Shown in pieces: positions 1-10,864 of a stretch of 64,000 nt of DNA. Every line of letters starts with the position of its first letter. The stretch's first letter is position 1. The position numbers were made by a program, and so were the translations under genes. The notes under the pieces are model-generated. The model was given only the letters and a program-made list of their open reading frames with translations. It searched no databases and was not told where the DNA came from. This stretch comes from Promethearchaeota archaeon (GTDB taxonomy: Archaea; Asgardarchaeota; Lokiarchaeia; Sigyniarchaeales; SOKP01): contig JBHLON010000001.1 in NCBI GenBank assembly GCA_048940445.1, positions 147,454 to 211,453 of the forward strand, given 5' to 3'.

Positions 1-1
1 T

Positions 2-175
2 AAGATTTTAGAGAACAGTATAATTCCAACCTATTTAAATCATGACGAGTGGCTATTTAAATGTAAAAATGCAATATCACTAGCTGCTTACTTCAATACG
101 CATCGTATGATTGAAGAATACGCTGAAAAAGCCTACAAATTAAGAAAACAAAGACCTTGGAAATATTTTGAATAA
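2..175 (+). CDS. glgP: alpha-glucan (glycogen/maltodextrin) phosphorylase, C-terminal end (gene starts before the window)
   Basis: Frame 2 reads KILENSIIPTYLNHDEWLFKCKNAISLAAYFNTHRMIEEYAEKAY...FE*; FNTHRMxxEY is the typical C-terminal motif of GT35 phosphorylases. Confidence 0.8.
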   Translation, partial: KILENSIIPTYLNHDEWLFKCKNAISLAAYFNTHRMIEEYAEKAYKLRKQRPWKYFE

Positions 176-176
176 A

Positions 177-671
177 TTAATTATGTATTAAAAATGGTCT
201 TATTTTAACATAATCTTCAAATGCTTGTTGTTTTAAGTAGTCTTCGAATGTTTGAGTAAAGATTTCTTCAAGAACGTTTATTCCAGACACTAATCCATCC
301 ATATCCTTTGCAATTAACAAAACATATTCAGAAGTTGATTCCAAATAATAGCTTCCAGATTTATATTCCATCTTAACAAATTTCTCAACTATTTTGTTAG
401 TCTTTCTAACGATATCATTAGTGGTAAAAAGAACAATTAAAAATTCTTCACTGAATTCTTCCTTTAGATAAGAATCACGAATTCCAGCCGCTATTAGAGG
501 ATTATCAGTATAATCCTTGAATAAAAATTGTAATTGATTCAATTCTTTTCTAAATTTATTCTTATTGTGAAAAAAGCTTAATTCATTACTTAAAATTAAA
601 GGAGGACCCTCTAGATATGAAATATTTTTAGGAGATTTTTTAAATTCAAATTCTTGGAGATATTGATACAT
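177..671 (-). CDS. stand-alone GH20 N-terminal (zincin-like domain 2)-like protein
   Basis: SYYLESTSEYVLLIAKDMDGLVSGINVLEEIF...RPFLIHN parallels GYKLMVTPDKIEIECRNSKGLFYGIQTLRQLF...PCVMIED of the GH20 at 51167; ATG at 671 follows AAGTGA. Confidence 0.55.
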   Translation of the reverse strand: MYQYLQEFEFKKSPKNISYLEGPPLILSNELSFFHNKNKFRKELNQLQFLFKDYTDNPLIAAGIRDSYLKEEFSEEFLIVLFTTNDIVRKTNKIVEKFVKMEYKSGSYYLESTSEYVLLIAKDMDGLVSGINVLEEIFTQTFEDYLKQQAFEDYVKIRPFLIHN

Positions 672-804
672 AGTAAATCTTTTCACTTTTATAATATTCT
701 GATTAAGAATAAATCTTCAAATAATAATGGTATTATTTAATTAAAAATCATTTTTTATTAAAATTTCGTGCTTATATTTTGAAAAATTAGACGGCATTAA
801 TATT

Positions 805-1806
805 ATGAGATTAGGAACTCTTCATTTAGAAAATAATTTACTGTTAGCACCAATGCAAGAAGTGACTACTGCTCCATATAGGAGATTTTGTAGAAAGTTT
901 CAAGACATTGGTTTAGTTTGCGTTCCTATGATATATACTAAACGAGTTATAAAAAATCCAGATACTATCACCCCTGATCTACACAGAATTGAAGAAGAAG
1001 TGCCAATAAGCATCCAATTAATTGGATCGAATCTAGACGCATTGAAAAATACTATATTATTTCTTGAAAGTTATAAATTTAGTGTTATTGATCTCAATGC
1101 GGGATGTCCTTCTAGGCGAGCATTCAATTCTCAAGAAGGAGCTTATTTATTGAGAGATTTTAAGTTCTTAAAGAAACTTGTTAACACTGCCTTGAAATAC
1201 GCTTCGAAACCAATATCCTTGAAGATAAGGACGGGTATTAATGATAGAATTAATTTACATGAATTTTCAACTTTAATAAATAATTCTGATATAGAATATT
1301 TAACAATTCATGGTAGAACTGTTAAAGACAAATTTGATGACTCTAAATTAGATCTTGATACGATAAAAGAGTTAAAGAGCCTTCTAAATATACCAATTGT
1401 AGGAAATGGAAATATAGATGATCCCCTAAATGCAAAAAGATTTATAGATTACACAAATGTAGACGCAATTATGATCGGAAGAGCTTCTATGGGAAATCCT
1501 CAAATTTTTAGTCAAATTAACGATTTCTTGAAAACAGGAAAATTTATTCCATTTCAAAATGATAAAGATAGGATGCGAAAATATCTCAAAATTTATGAAG
1601 AATGTCTTAAGGAGTTTATTGATGATGAGTTATCAATTCCATATTCAATAGAAAAATACAAGTTTAAAGAATTAAAAAGGAATGCTATCTGGCTATCAAA
1701 AAATATTGATCATTCCAATGAAATTAGGCAGAAACTCTCAAGAACAAGGGACTTAGCACATTTAAAGCATTTATTAAAACTCTTTTTTGAAAACCCCATG
1801 AATTAG
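805..1806 (+). CDS. dus: tRNA-dihydrouridine synthase (DusB-like)
   Basis: LAPM, IDLNAGCP, KIRTG, IHGRT, GNGNI, IMIGRASMGNP motifs. Confidence 0.93.
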   Translation: MRLGTLHLENNLLLAPMQEVTTAPYRRFCRKFQDIGLVCVPMIYTKRVIKNPDTITPDLHRIEEEVPISIQLIGSNLDALKNTILFLESYKFSVIDLNAGCPSRRAFNSQEGAYLLRDFKFLKKLVNTALKYASKPISLKIRTGINDRINLHEFSTLINNSDIEYLTIHGRTVKDKFDDSKLDLDTIKELKSLLNIPIVGNGNIDDPLNAKRFIDYTNVDAIMIGRASMGNPQIFSQINDFLKTGKFIPFQNDKDRMRKYLKIYEECLKEFIDDELSIPYSIEKYKFKELKRNAIWLSKNIDHSNEIRQKLSRTRDLAHLKHLLKLFFENPMN

Positions 1807-2054
1807 TTTTTACCTCGATAAAGGATAGCTATATACATCATAATATGAACTGCAAGAATTATTCCAATAACTATAGCTATTAAATTTACAATTTGAATGA
1901 GAAGGCCTTCAATTGTCGTTGTTAGTTCAATAGTTGACCATGAAAAATTTCTAGCTATTCCTGAAATAACAAAATAATAAATCAAGCATAGAAATTCAAT
2001 AATTACGAGTATGAATATTCTGAAACGAACAGACTCTCTTTTAGCAAGCTTCAT
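1803..2054 (-). CDS. small two-TM membrane protein
   Basis: Two hydrophobic segments; ATG after AGGTG; follows mtnA on the same strand. Confidence 0.6.
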   Translation of the reverse strand: MKLAKRESVRFRIFILVIIEFLCLIYYFVISGIARNFSWSTIELTTTIEGLLIQIVNLIAIVIGIILAVHIMMYIAILYRGKN

Positions 2055-2079
2055 AATCAGCACCTTACTAGCTTATTTA

Positions 2080-3111
2080 TTAAATATTTGAAATCTTATA
2101 TTTTTTTAGTAAATCTTCGGGACTAAAAACACCATCTTCAGTAATTATTGCTGTTACAAGTCGAAATGGTGTTATGTCAAAAGCATAATTTAAACACTCT
2201 ACATTATCAGGTACTATTTGAATTTTACCTAATACACAACTGACTTCCGTACTGTCTCTCTGCTCAATTATAACATCATCTATAGTTTCTAGGAGTGACA
2301 GTGTCGATGTTGGTGCTGCTACATAAAAGGGAATGTTATTATCGTTTGCAGCTAAAGCCACCAGATAGGTACCAATTTTATTAAATACTGCATCTGAAGT
2401 TACCCGATCTGTTCCCACTATTACTTTATCAACTTTTCTTAAACGCATTAATAATCCAGAGGAAGTATCGGAAATTACTTTAACAGGAATTTTATCATAT
2501 TGCAACTCATAAGCGGTCAATCTAGCTCCTTGTAATCTTGGGCGTGTTTCGTCTGCAATTACGCTAATTCTCTTTCCTTCCTCAATAGCAGCTCTCACAG
2601 GAGCTAAGGCTGTTCCATATTGCACGGTAGCAAGGGAACCGGCATTACAATGAGTAAGAATAACATCCCCATCTTTTAATAACTTTGCACCATTCCTTCC
2701 TATTCTTTTGTTCACATTAATATCTTCTTGTGCCATAATTTTTGCTTCTTCTATAACTAAATTGGATATATTTACAGGATTATCTGGGTACGTTCGGATA
2801 ATATTTATAACCCTATCCACTGCCCAAAATAAGTTAGAAGCTGTTGGCCTTGTTTTTCTTATAATCTTTGCTGCTTCTTCCATTTTTTCTATAAATTTTT
2901 CTTTTGGTAATTGGTTATACTCAATTGTAGCTAAACCAATACCCATAGCAGCCGCAACTCCAATTGCAGGAGCACCTCTGATATTCATCACTTTAATCGC
3001 ATTGGCAACATCTCTAAAATTGTCAAATTCAAGAAATTGAAGAGTATGAGGAAGTTGAGTTTGATCAATCATCTTAACCTTGTTATTCTTCCATTCAATT
3101 GAAGGGATCAT
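2080..3111 (-). CDS. mtnA: S-methyl-5-thioribose-1-phosphate isomerase (eIF-2B alpha/beta/delta family)
   Basis: IDQT, IRGAPAIG, RPTASNL, LTHCNAGSLAT, ETRPRLQGARLT, NKIGTY, NYAFDITP. Confidence 0.93.
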   Translation of the reverse strand: MIPSIEWKNNKVKMIDQTQLPHTLQFLEFDNFRDVANAIKVMNIRGAPAIGVAAAMGIGLATIEYNQLPKEKFIEKMEEAAKIIRKTRPTASNLFWAVDRVINIIRTYPDNPVNISNLVIEEAKIMAQEDINVNKRIGRNGAKLLKDGDVILTHCNAGSLATVQYGTALAPVRAAIEEGKRISVIADETRPRLQGARLTAYELQYDKIPVKVISDTSSGLLMRLRKVDKVIVGTDRVTSDAVFNKIGTYLVALAANDNNIPFYVAAPTSTLSLLETIDDVIIEQRDSTEVSCVLGKIQIVPDNVECLNYAFDITPFRLVTAIITEDGVFSPEDLLKKYKISNI

Positions 3112-3312
3112 AATTATAAGAGGCGAAAATGTTAATTAAAACTTATGAATAAATAAACTCAGAACAATTTAACAATACGCATAGTAATTAAAGAAAAAGT
3201 TATAAGGATTATAATAATTTGTAAAAATTAGTTTTAGACTATAGAAAATAGATTATTATAGGATGAGGGTATAAAAAAATTAAGTTCCAAGATATTTCTA
3301 GAAGAGAGTAAA

Positions 3313-4683
3313 ATGATTCTTCATAAGATAAAAAGTGAAGGTATTGCATCTATATCATATTTTTTAGCGTCTGGGAATGAAGCATGTGTTATAGACCCGA
3401 GAAGAGATGCCAAAATTTTTCTTAAATTAGCTTGGGATGCTGAAGCTAATATAAAGTATGTATTTGAAACCCACCGTAACGAGGATTATGTCATTGGATC
3501 CAGAGAAATAGCAGATGTAGTTGATGTGAAAATATACCATGGACCTGGTTTGGATTGGAAGTATGGTAAAACCCTTAAAGATGGGCAGGAATTCACATTA
3601 GGTGTTTTGAAAATTAGAGTTATCCATACTCCTGGTCATACTGATGAAAGCACAAGCTATGCTGTGTTTGATACAACTACAGGAGACCAAACTATAATGG
3701 TATTTACGGGAGATGCTCTATTTGTTGGAGATACTGGGCGGATTGATATGTATGGTCCTGATAAATCAAAAAAAAATGCTGAAAATCTCTATAACAGTTT
3801 ATTTAATAAAATTTTACCTTTAGGGGATCAAGCTGTTATATTACCGGCTCATGGTGCTGGGTCTGTTTGTGGAGTTGCCATAAATGAAAGAGAATTAAGT
3901 ACAATTGGACTAGAACGTATGCAAAATCCAGTATTGCAATTGAAGGATAGACAAAAGTTTGTAGAATTCAAATTAAATGAGAAACATTATTTTGCACCTT
4001 ATTTTAGACAAATGGAAAAATATAACTTACAAGGACCTCCATTATTAAAAGATTTACCGAGATTTAAGCCATTACTCCCAAATGAATTTAAAAGTAAATT
4101 AGAAGAGGGAGGAATAATTGTTGATACCAGAAATCCAGCATCTTTTGGTTCAGTGCATATTAAAAATTCATATAACATATGGTTGAAAGGATTACCATCC
4201 TATGTGGGGTGGGTTCTCCCTTATGATAAACCAATATTGCTTGTTGTAGAAAATTTCAAAGATTTAAAGAAAGCATATAAATATCTTCTTAGACTGGGTT
4301 ATGATAATATTATGGGATATTTGGTCGGAGGGATAATTGCCTGGTATAGCAATCATCTTCCCATCGAAACAATTGGTATGATGACTGTTGATATATTAAA
4401 AAGAAGATTGGATCAAGGTGAAAAAACCTTTTTAATTGATGTTCGGGCAGCCCCTGAGTTAAAGGAGGGATATATTGAAGAAGCGAAGAACATTTATGTA
4501 GGTGAACTGGAAGAGAAATTAGTGGATTTACCTAAAGATGTTCCCATAGTAACTATTTGTGGAAATGGAGCTCGAGCTAGCATGGCAACAAGCATTTTAA
4601 AAAGAAATGGATTTAACTATGTTTATAATGTGTTAGGGAGCATGAAAGCATGGAAACAAGCAAAATATCCGATTAAAAACTAA
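3313..4683 (+). CDS. MBL-fold hydrolase (persulfide dioxygenase-like) fused to two rhodanese domains
   Basis: ETHRNEDY, HTPGHT, FTGDALF, PAHGAGSVCG; C-terminal rhodanese with CGNGARA active-site loop. Confidence 0.88.
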   Translation: MILHKIKSEGIASISYFLASGNEACVIDPRRDAKIFLKLAWDAEANIKYVFETHRNEDYVIGSREIADVVDVKIYHGPGLDWKYGKTLKDGQEFTLGVLKIRVIHTPGHTDESTSYAVFDTTTGDQTIMVFTGDALFVGDTGRIDMYGPDKSKKNAENLYNSLFNKILPLGDQAVILPAHGAGSVCGVAINERELSTIGLERMQNPVLQLKDRQKFVEFKLNEKHYFAPYFRQMEKYNLQGPPLLKDLPRFKPLLPNEFKSKLEEGGIIVDTRNPASFGSVHIKNSYNIWLKGLPSYVGWVLPYDKPILLVVENFKDLKKAYKYLLRLGYDNIMGYLVGGIIAWYSNHLPIETIGMMTVDILKRRLDQGEKTFLIDVRAAPELKEGYIEEAKNIYVGELEEKLVDLPKDVPIVTICGNGARASMATSILKRNGFNYVYNVLGSMKAWKQAKYPIKN

Positions 4684-4790
4684 TAATTACATTTCTCAGA
4701 TTTATAATCTTGATTTTTAATTCATAAAGAAAATTTTTATTATTTCTCAAATCGTGTATAATTTAATAAAGAAATTTTGGTGAAACAGAA

Positions 4791-5132
4791 ATGGATGACG
4801 ATATGAAAGAATATTTCAAAGCTGCCCAAGCTAGTCTTCAGAGACTAGGACAAGCACATCCCGATGCCATGAAAGGATTTCAACAATTTTTTAGAGCTGC
4901 GAAGGCTGATGGTGCTATATCTGCGAAAGTAAAAGAATTAATAGGAGTTGCTCTTTCAATTGCTTATCAATGTAAATTTTGTGTAGCATGGCATGTTAAA
5001 CATGCATTAGATCAAGGAGCCACGAAAGAGGAAATAATCGAAGCAAGTATGGTCGCTGGAACTTTAGGTGGTGGTCCTTCATTAATGTTTACAAAATATG
5101 TGTTTAAAGCTTTAGAGGATTTTGCAAAATAG
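4791..5132 (+). CDS. carboxymuconolactone decarboxylase/AhpD-like protein
   Basis: KELIGVALS...QCKFCVAWH...GATKEEI...GGGP. Confidence 0.88.
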   Translation: MDDDMKEYFKAAQASLQRLGQAHPDAMKGFQQFFRAAKADGAISAKVKELIGVALSIAYQCKFCVAWHVKHALDQGATKEEIIEASMVAGTLGGGPSLMFTKYVFKALEDFAK

Positions 5133-5175
5133 AATTTTTTAACCTAAAATATACTTAATCAAAAAAGTGGAAGAT

Positions 5176-5568
5176 ATGGTTGATATATTGAAAAAAGCAT
5201 TAAGTATGGATTTTAATGACGCAGTGGAGCGTGTTGAGAAAATTATTGTTGAAGAAGGCTTTAGTCATATGCTAACAAAATCTATAGATGAAATTTTCAA
5301 GAAGAAATTAGGAATAGATTACGACAGATATACTATAATACTAGCTTGCGGCCCTGAATTTGCTAAAGCGGCACTAGATGTATCAAAAAACGTTGGTTTG
5401 TTATTTCCATGCAGTTTTGTGATCTATGAAGAAAATGGAAAGGTATATGTAAGTCACACTTCAATTATGAAAGTAGCCCCTGAAGCTGGATTAGCTCCTG
5501 CTGATAAAATGAAAACGGTTATAGAAATGACCAGTAAAGCAGTTCATGCAGCTTGGGACAGGTTTTAA
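5176..5568 (+). CDS. DUF302 domain protein
   Basis: YTIILACGP...GLLFPCSFVIYE with the two conserved Cys; ATG at 5176 after AAGTGG. Confidence 0.85.
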   Translation: MVDILKKALSMDFNDAVERVEKIIVEEGFSHMLTKSIDEIFKKKLGIDYDRYTIILACGPEFAKAALDVSKNVGLLFPCSFVIYEENGKVYVSHTSIMKVAPEAGLAPADKMKTVIEMTSKAVHAAWDRF

Positions 5569-5644
5569 CTTTTTTTTTTTTTAATAAAAATTTTTAGATA
5601 TCATATTCTAGTCTAATTAATAACAAAACTTCAACAATCTTATA

Positions 5645-8140
5645 ATGTACAGTAAACAAGTTCTTGAAAGAGATACTTTAAGACTAATTATAGATGAACA
5701 TAAAGATTTTACTTCTGAGGTTATTGAAGTTAAATATAATGATTTTTGGGTACCTATTCTTGGAAATCATTCTGGTTTTAGTACATTAAATTATTGGGAA
5801 AGAGGTATCCGAAAAAGTAAAAAAACATTTTTTCTAAAAAGTAAAAAGAAAAAATTATATTATCAGATTAATGATAATGATTTTTTACTAAATTTAGACT
5901 ACTGTTTTGAAGAAGATAACATATTTCATATTAGATATAAATTATCTAATAGAAAAGAATTAAATTTATCTAAACTTCTTGTAAATTATTCCGTCCTTCT
6001 TGAAGGTGAGCCAGACTTTACATGGGTTCCTCATCTTCGCCCAGAAAAGGAATATGTTATGGGGGATCATATATTTCGGTCTCCAGCGATTGTTTATAAG
6101 AAAGGCGCCATAGCTTTTGCCTTCATTCCAGATTTAAAGACTCTTGGGAATAATCGCCCTTTTCAATCATTTATAAATTTAAATCTAAAATCTGAAAATT
6201 CTGCCAATCTACCCCAAATAGATTACGGTTTTGGGAACTATCACTCAACTCCTCACACATTTTTCAAATACGACTCGTCTAAAATATGGAAAATTGAAAA
6301 GGATACCGATTTAACCTTCCGATATTATATTATTATTTTTATTAAGAAAAAGGTATCCGAAATACTACAATCTATTAATAAATTCTTCTGGCAGAAATAC
6401 CTTAGAAAATACCTATATGAAAGCTTAAAACCTCAAGTATTACCATATGAAGAAAATGTTAGAGAAGGTTTTAAAGCAATTTTTGAAAGACATAAATATT
6501 GGGGAACGTTTTGGATTAATGGAATTGAATGTGGAGGAATTTGGCAAAGATCATGGGCAGGATCTAAAAAGAGATTGATTGAATTTATAAAGCCTGAGGA
6601 TATCGAAAATCATAAACAAAGAAACACTACCGAAACTGCTAGCTCTGATGAAGGCATTCACAAAATGATAAATGAAATGATTTATGATGCAGAACAAGTG
6701 AAATGGTTTGATAAGTATAGCCTCAGACTTGCATTTGTTCCTAGAACTGCTGAAATCTGGAATAACGCGTGGTTTCTTAATATAAGGACTGCATATGGCT
6801 TGAGATACTTCGGAGAAGAATGGAAAGAAAATTCACTTATAGCAAGAGGAAATCTTATTTTAAATACAATTTTAAATTTACCGAGAATTAGTGGGCTTTT
6901 TCCGAGTATAATTTTTCCGGCAGGGCAAGATTCATCAATTGTTTCATATATAAATGGTTCTAAGGCTTATCTCTATAGTGATGAGTATAATTTAGTGGAC
7001 ATTTGCCTCGGAATGTATTGGACTCTTATTTATTACCATGAATTTGAGAAAAAAGATGAAATCATTGAAAAATGCAAAGATTTATTTAAATTTATCTCTA
7101 AAATTTGGCAAAAAACGTCTCACATTCCTGTTTTTATCAGTATTTCTAAAGATAAACAAATAGTAATTAACCATGTTTTATTAGATTCTGCTAGTTCTGG
7201 AGCCATATTACTATTCCTAACAAAATTATATAAAAGTATGAAAAGTCGAGAAATTATTGAAATAGCTAAGAAAATTGCACATTATATTCAAACAAACATA
7301 ATCCCACAAAATAAATGGCACGATTTTGAACCGTTTTATAGTTGTACTAAATTCTCTCTAAACTTCTTTGATAATTATACTAATAGCCATGTTATGAATA
7401 CATTAAGTATCTATTGGTGTGCAGAAAGCTTTAAAGAACTATATAAAATAACAAAAGAAGTAGAATATCTTGAAGGAGGAGAAGATATTTTAGCGGTACT
7501 ATCGTTATTTCAGCAGGTTTGGCCTATGCCCTACATTAACTATAACACATTCGGAGGTTTTGGAGTTCAAAATGCTGATGCTGAATTAAGTGATGCACGG
7601 CAAGCTTTATTCGTAAGAACATATATGGACTATTACCTTATAACTGAAAATGAGGAATATATGGAAAGAGGGCTTGCTGCATTACGTGCATCTTGGGCTT
7701 TACAATTGCTTAAACAATATGAAGAAATATGCCCTGGTAATATAAAGGGAATCTCCACTATTGATAATGTTGATAAAGGAGCCATCTATGAGAATTATGG
7801 TCATACAGGTAGTGATTATAGAGTTCCAGGTCAAATTACCTTTGATTGGGGGGTTGGTACTGCTGCAATGGCAACCGCCTATGTTAAAAAACATTTTGGT
7901 GATTTGTATATAGATTTTAAAAGAAAATTTGTATTTGGAATAGATGGGATTTTAATAAAGTCATTTGAATTTAATAATAGTGCAATAAAGATAATTTATG
8001 AAAAGCTGCCAGAAAAAACTCAAATTATAGTTAGAACCAGAGGCACTCCCCTTCCTGGAGTGAAATTATGCTTAAACAATGTCTCATTTGGAGTTATTAC
8101 GAACAAAATGTTAAAGTCTGGATTTAAGGTTGATATCTAG
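5645..8140 (+). CDS. large uncharacterised protein, probable (alpha/alpha)6-barrel glycoside-hydrolase-like fold
   Basis: Beta-rich N-terminus then helical repeats (LYKITKEVEYL, YYLITENEEYMERGLAAL); WHDFE, DARQ and ENYGH motifs. Confidence 0.5.
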   Translation: MYSKQVLERDTLRLIIDEHKDFTSEVIEVKYNDFWVPILGNHSGFSTLNYWERGIRKSKKTFFLKSKKKKLYYQINDNDFLLNLDYCFEEDNIFHIRYKLSNRKELNLSKLLVNYSVLLEGEPDFTWVPHLRPEKEYVMGDHIFRSPAIVYKKGAIAFAFIPDLKTLGNNRPFQSFINLNLKSENSANLPQIDYGFGNYHSTPHTFFKYDSSKIWKIEKDTDLTFRYYIIIFIKKKVSEILQSINKFFWQKYLRKYLYESLKPQVLPYEENVREGFKAIFERHKYWGTFWINGIECGGIWQRSWAGSKKRLIEFIKPEDIENHKQRNTTETASSDEGIHKMINEMIYDAEQVKWFDKYSLRLAFVPRTAEIWNNAWFLNIRTAYGLRYFGEEWKENSLIARGNLILNTILNLPRISGLFPSIIFPAGQDSSIVSYINGSKAYLYSDEYNLVDICLGMYWTLIYYHEFEKKDEIIEKCKDLFKFISKIWQKTSHIPVFISISKDKQIVINHVLLDSASSGAILLFLTKLYKSMKSREIIEIAKKIAHYIQTNIIPQNKWHDFEPFYSCTKFSLNFFDNYTNSHVMNTLSIYWCAESFKELYKITKEVEYLEGGEDILAVLSLFQQVWPMPYINYNTFGGFGVQNADAELSDARQALFVRTYMDYYLITENEEYMERGLAALRASWALQLLKQYEEICPGNIKGISTIDNVDKGAIYENYGHTGSDYRVPGQITFDWGVGTAAMATAYVKKHFGDLYIDFKRKFVFGIDGILIKSFEFNNSAIKIIYEKLPEKTQIIVRTRGTPLPGVKLCLNNVSFGVITNKMLKSGFKVDI

Positions 8141-8214
8141 CAATAATTTAAACCTTAAATTTATATGAACCAATATTAAATTATTTAATAAAATCAATTA
8201 TCTAATATGATTAA

Positions 8215-9117
8215 ATGTTAATTTATTGGTTAGGCGTTTTATTAGCAATTTTATCAGGCCTTTCACATTTCACTGGAATATTAATTGAAAAAATGATAAT
8301 CAATAAATTAAATCCTGATGCAAAATTAATGAGAAGTCTGGTAAGAACTCCATTATGGATATTTGCATTATTCCTTCGTTTTGGATTAGGAACTATTTTT
8401 TTTTTGATGGCTCAAATCTTTATTGGCCCAGCAATCATTCCAGGGTTAATGGCTTCTGGATTAATAATATTGGCAATTGGTTCAGTAAAAGTAATTGGTG
8501 AGAAATTAACATTTTCAGAAATTCTAGCTATCTTCATGATGGTTTGTGCTATTACCTTTCTTGGATTAAGTGAATTGTCAATAGAGTTATCTGAATTTAA
8601 TTTATTACAATTTGATTTCATAATTAGGATGAGTGTTTATACGCTAGCTTTGGTTATAGCTGCGGTAACATTTCATTTTATTCAATCAAAATATGGAAAA
8701 TATAGAGGAATTTTGTTAGCATTACTTTCGGGATGCATGTTCTCATTAGCAAATTTTTGGACTGGAATTTTAATGGGTGTAATCGCTAAAATATTTAGCA
8801 CAATATTTAGTCTTGGAGATATAATCCTATTTATAATCTCGGCAATAATTCTTGTTATAGTAAATTTGCTTGGAGTGGCTAAAATGGCCGCTGCGTTAAG
8901 ATATGGAGATGCAAGTAAATTAGTTCCGATACAAAACCTACCAACACAAACTACCCCTTCAATAGTATACTTTTTAGTGTTTTTATTAATTCCTCCAACT
9001 ACTTTATCTGTTGTATTTTTTATAATAGCGATTATATTAATTATAACTAGTTCATTTATATTAGCAAAGCGGCAAGCAGAGTTAGATAAGATAAAACAAA
9101 TGAATTCTGAAGAATAA
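8215..9117 (+). CDS. DMT/EamA- or NIPA-like membrane transporter
   Basis: About 9 TM helices; signature PLW...GEKLTFSEILAI. Confidence 0.65.
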   Translation: MLIYWLGVLLAILSGLSHFTGILIEKMIINKLNPDAKLMRSLVRTPLWIFALFLRFGLGTIFFLMAQIFIGPAIIPGLMASGLIILAIGSVKVIGEKLTFSEILAIFMMVCAITFLGLSELSIELSEFNLLQFDFIIRMSVYTLALVIAAVTFHFIQSKYGKYRGILLALLSGCMFSLANFWTGILMGVIAKIFSTIFSLGDIILFIISAIILVIVNLLGVAKMAAALRYGDASKLVPIQNLPTQTTPSIVYFLVFLLIPPTTLSVVFFIIAIILIITSSFILAKRQAELDKIKQMNSEE

Positions 9118-9154
9118 TAGACTTAAATATTTAATGAATTTGTTATGATATACA

Positions 9155-10765
9155 ATGGAGAAAAATAATATTATCAAAAACCTTCAAAATGAATTACCTT
9201 GGGATAAATTTTTATTAATAATGGAAAATGAAGGTTTTATAAAAACAGGTTTTCCTAATCTTTCTCAAATAGCAAATAAAAATGAATATACAAAATTATT
9301 TCTATCTGGAAAAACGATATTTGTTGACAATAAGCTCCAAGCTGCAGGTCTTAATGATCCTTCACATCTTTTTTTAACACCATATATAATTTTTAGACCT
9401 AAAACAGAGGAACAGTTAAAAAGTGTTATTATCCACTCACAAGAGTTAAAAATTCCAATAACATTTGCTGGTGGAAAAACTGGATTATCGGGAGGATATT
9501 CAAATTATGGAATAATAGTGGATCTTGCAGATCTACATACTTTTGAAAAACCTTTTTATATAGATTTTAATAAACAAGAAATACTAGTTGAACAGGGCGT
9601 AATCATCTCAGATTTAATCAAATATGTTCATTTTCTTAGTAACGGGAAGTTTATTTTTCCTATTCAACCAGCAAGTGCTTTAAAGCTTCCAGTAAGGGTG
9701 GGGGGTATTATAGCTTCAAATGCAAGTGGAATTACATCGGGAAAGTTAGGTTCGGCAGAGGATTGGATTAAAAGTATGCGAATCATGAACCCTAATGGTA
9801 AAATATTTCAATTAAAGAAAACTGATCCACTTTTCAATAAAATTATTGGTACTAATGGATACTTTGGAGTGATTTTAAGTGCTCGATTTAAATTATTTAA
9901 GCCATCCTTAGATGTAAAAAGAGCAATTCTCTTCGGAGATAATATAGAATTAGCTTTTAATGGGCTTCAATCTATTTTAGAATCTAAGATTTTTCCTCTA
10001 ATTAGTGAATTTGTAGTCTCAAATCAAAAACTACCTGGATTATTTAATAATCTGAAATTTTTAAGTAAAGTTGAATCTAAAATTAAGTGGGGAGTGATGA
10101 TTAAAGGAACTACCGCGGAGGTAGATTCCTTTATTAATTTAATGATGAGACAAGGAAATTTAGAATATTTAATTTTAAATGAAGAAGATTTTCAAAATTA
10201 TATTCAGGAAAGATCTGCTTTTGCTCTATTAGTACAAACTGCAGATTCATCTGCAGATTATATCGCATTTCCAGGGTTTGAAGATATTTTGAGCGAGCCT
10301 AAAAATTTACCAGAAATTATTCATACCATTAATGAGATTTTTGAGAAATTTGGATTTCATAAAGTAATTTTTGGATATGGTCACATTAATTTTCGTCGAG
10401 GTCAAGGACTATTATTACATATGCGTTTGCCCGTGCCTATTGAATATTTTTACAGAGAAAATAATGAGAGATTGAAATTAATATGCAAGACTGTTTACAA
10501 TGTAATAATTACACTTAAACGGAAGTATCATATTAAACATAAAGCAGAACACAGTTCAGGACCATTTAAGATTTGGTTAGATGACAATTTTAGGAAGGTT
10601 TTACGAAAAAAAATTGAAACTAAGGATGCGTTTGTTAACCCACATTTAAAAATTTATGAAGAACTTCAGAAAAGACATGGAATTACACCAGGGGAATATC
10701 TTTCAGAAGAGGAGCACAAACGACTATTCTTGGAAGCTATGAACTTATATCTCTCATTATTTTAA
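9155..10765 (+). CDS. FAD-linked oxidoreductase (GlcD/D-lactate dehydrogenase, PCMH FAD-binding)
   Basis: RPKTEEQL, GGKTGLSGG, VGGIIASNASG, GTNGYFGVI, GHIN/AEH. Confidence 0.85.
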   Translation: MEKNNIIKNLQNELPWDKFLLIMENEGFIKTGFPNLSQIANKNEYTKLFLSGKTIFVDNKLQAAGLNDPSHLFLTPYIIFRPKTEEQLKSVIIHSQELKIPITFAGGKTGLSGGYSNYGIIVDLADLHTFEKPFYIDFNKQEILVEQGVIISDLIKYVHFLSNGKFIFPIQPASALKLPVRVGGIIASNASGITSGKLGSAEDWIKSMRIMNPNGKIFQLKKTDPLFNKIIGTNGYFGVILSARFKLFKPSLDVKRAILFGDNIELAFNGLQSILESKIFPLISEFVVSNQKLPGLFNNLKFLSKVESKIKWGVMIKGTTAEVDSFINLMMRQGNLEYLILNEEDFQNYIQERSAFALLVQTADSSADYIAFPGFEDILSEPKNLPEIIHTINEIFEKFGFHKVIFGYGHINFRRGQGLLLHMRLPVPIEYFYRENNERLKLICKTVYNVIITLKRKYHIKHKAEHSSGPFKIWLDDNFRKVLRKKIETKDAFVNPHLKIYEELQKRHGITPGEYLSEEEHKRLFLEAMNLYLSLF

Positions 10766-10864
10766 TTGAAATATATATGAGCTTCCATTATAAACATTTA
10801 TAAATTAGATCAGAGAATATTAATTATTTAATTAAATTATATTAATTAGGGTGGCTCTACATAA

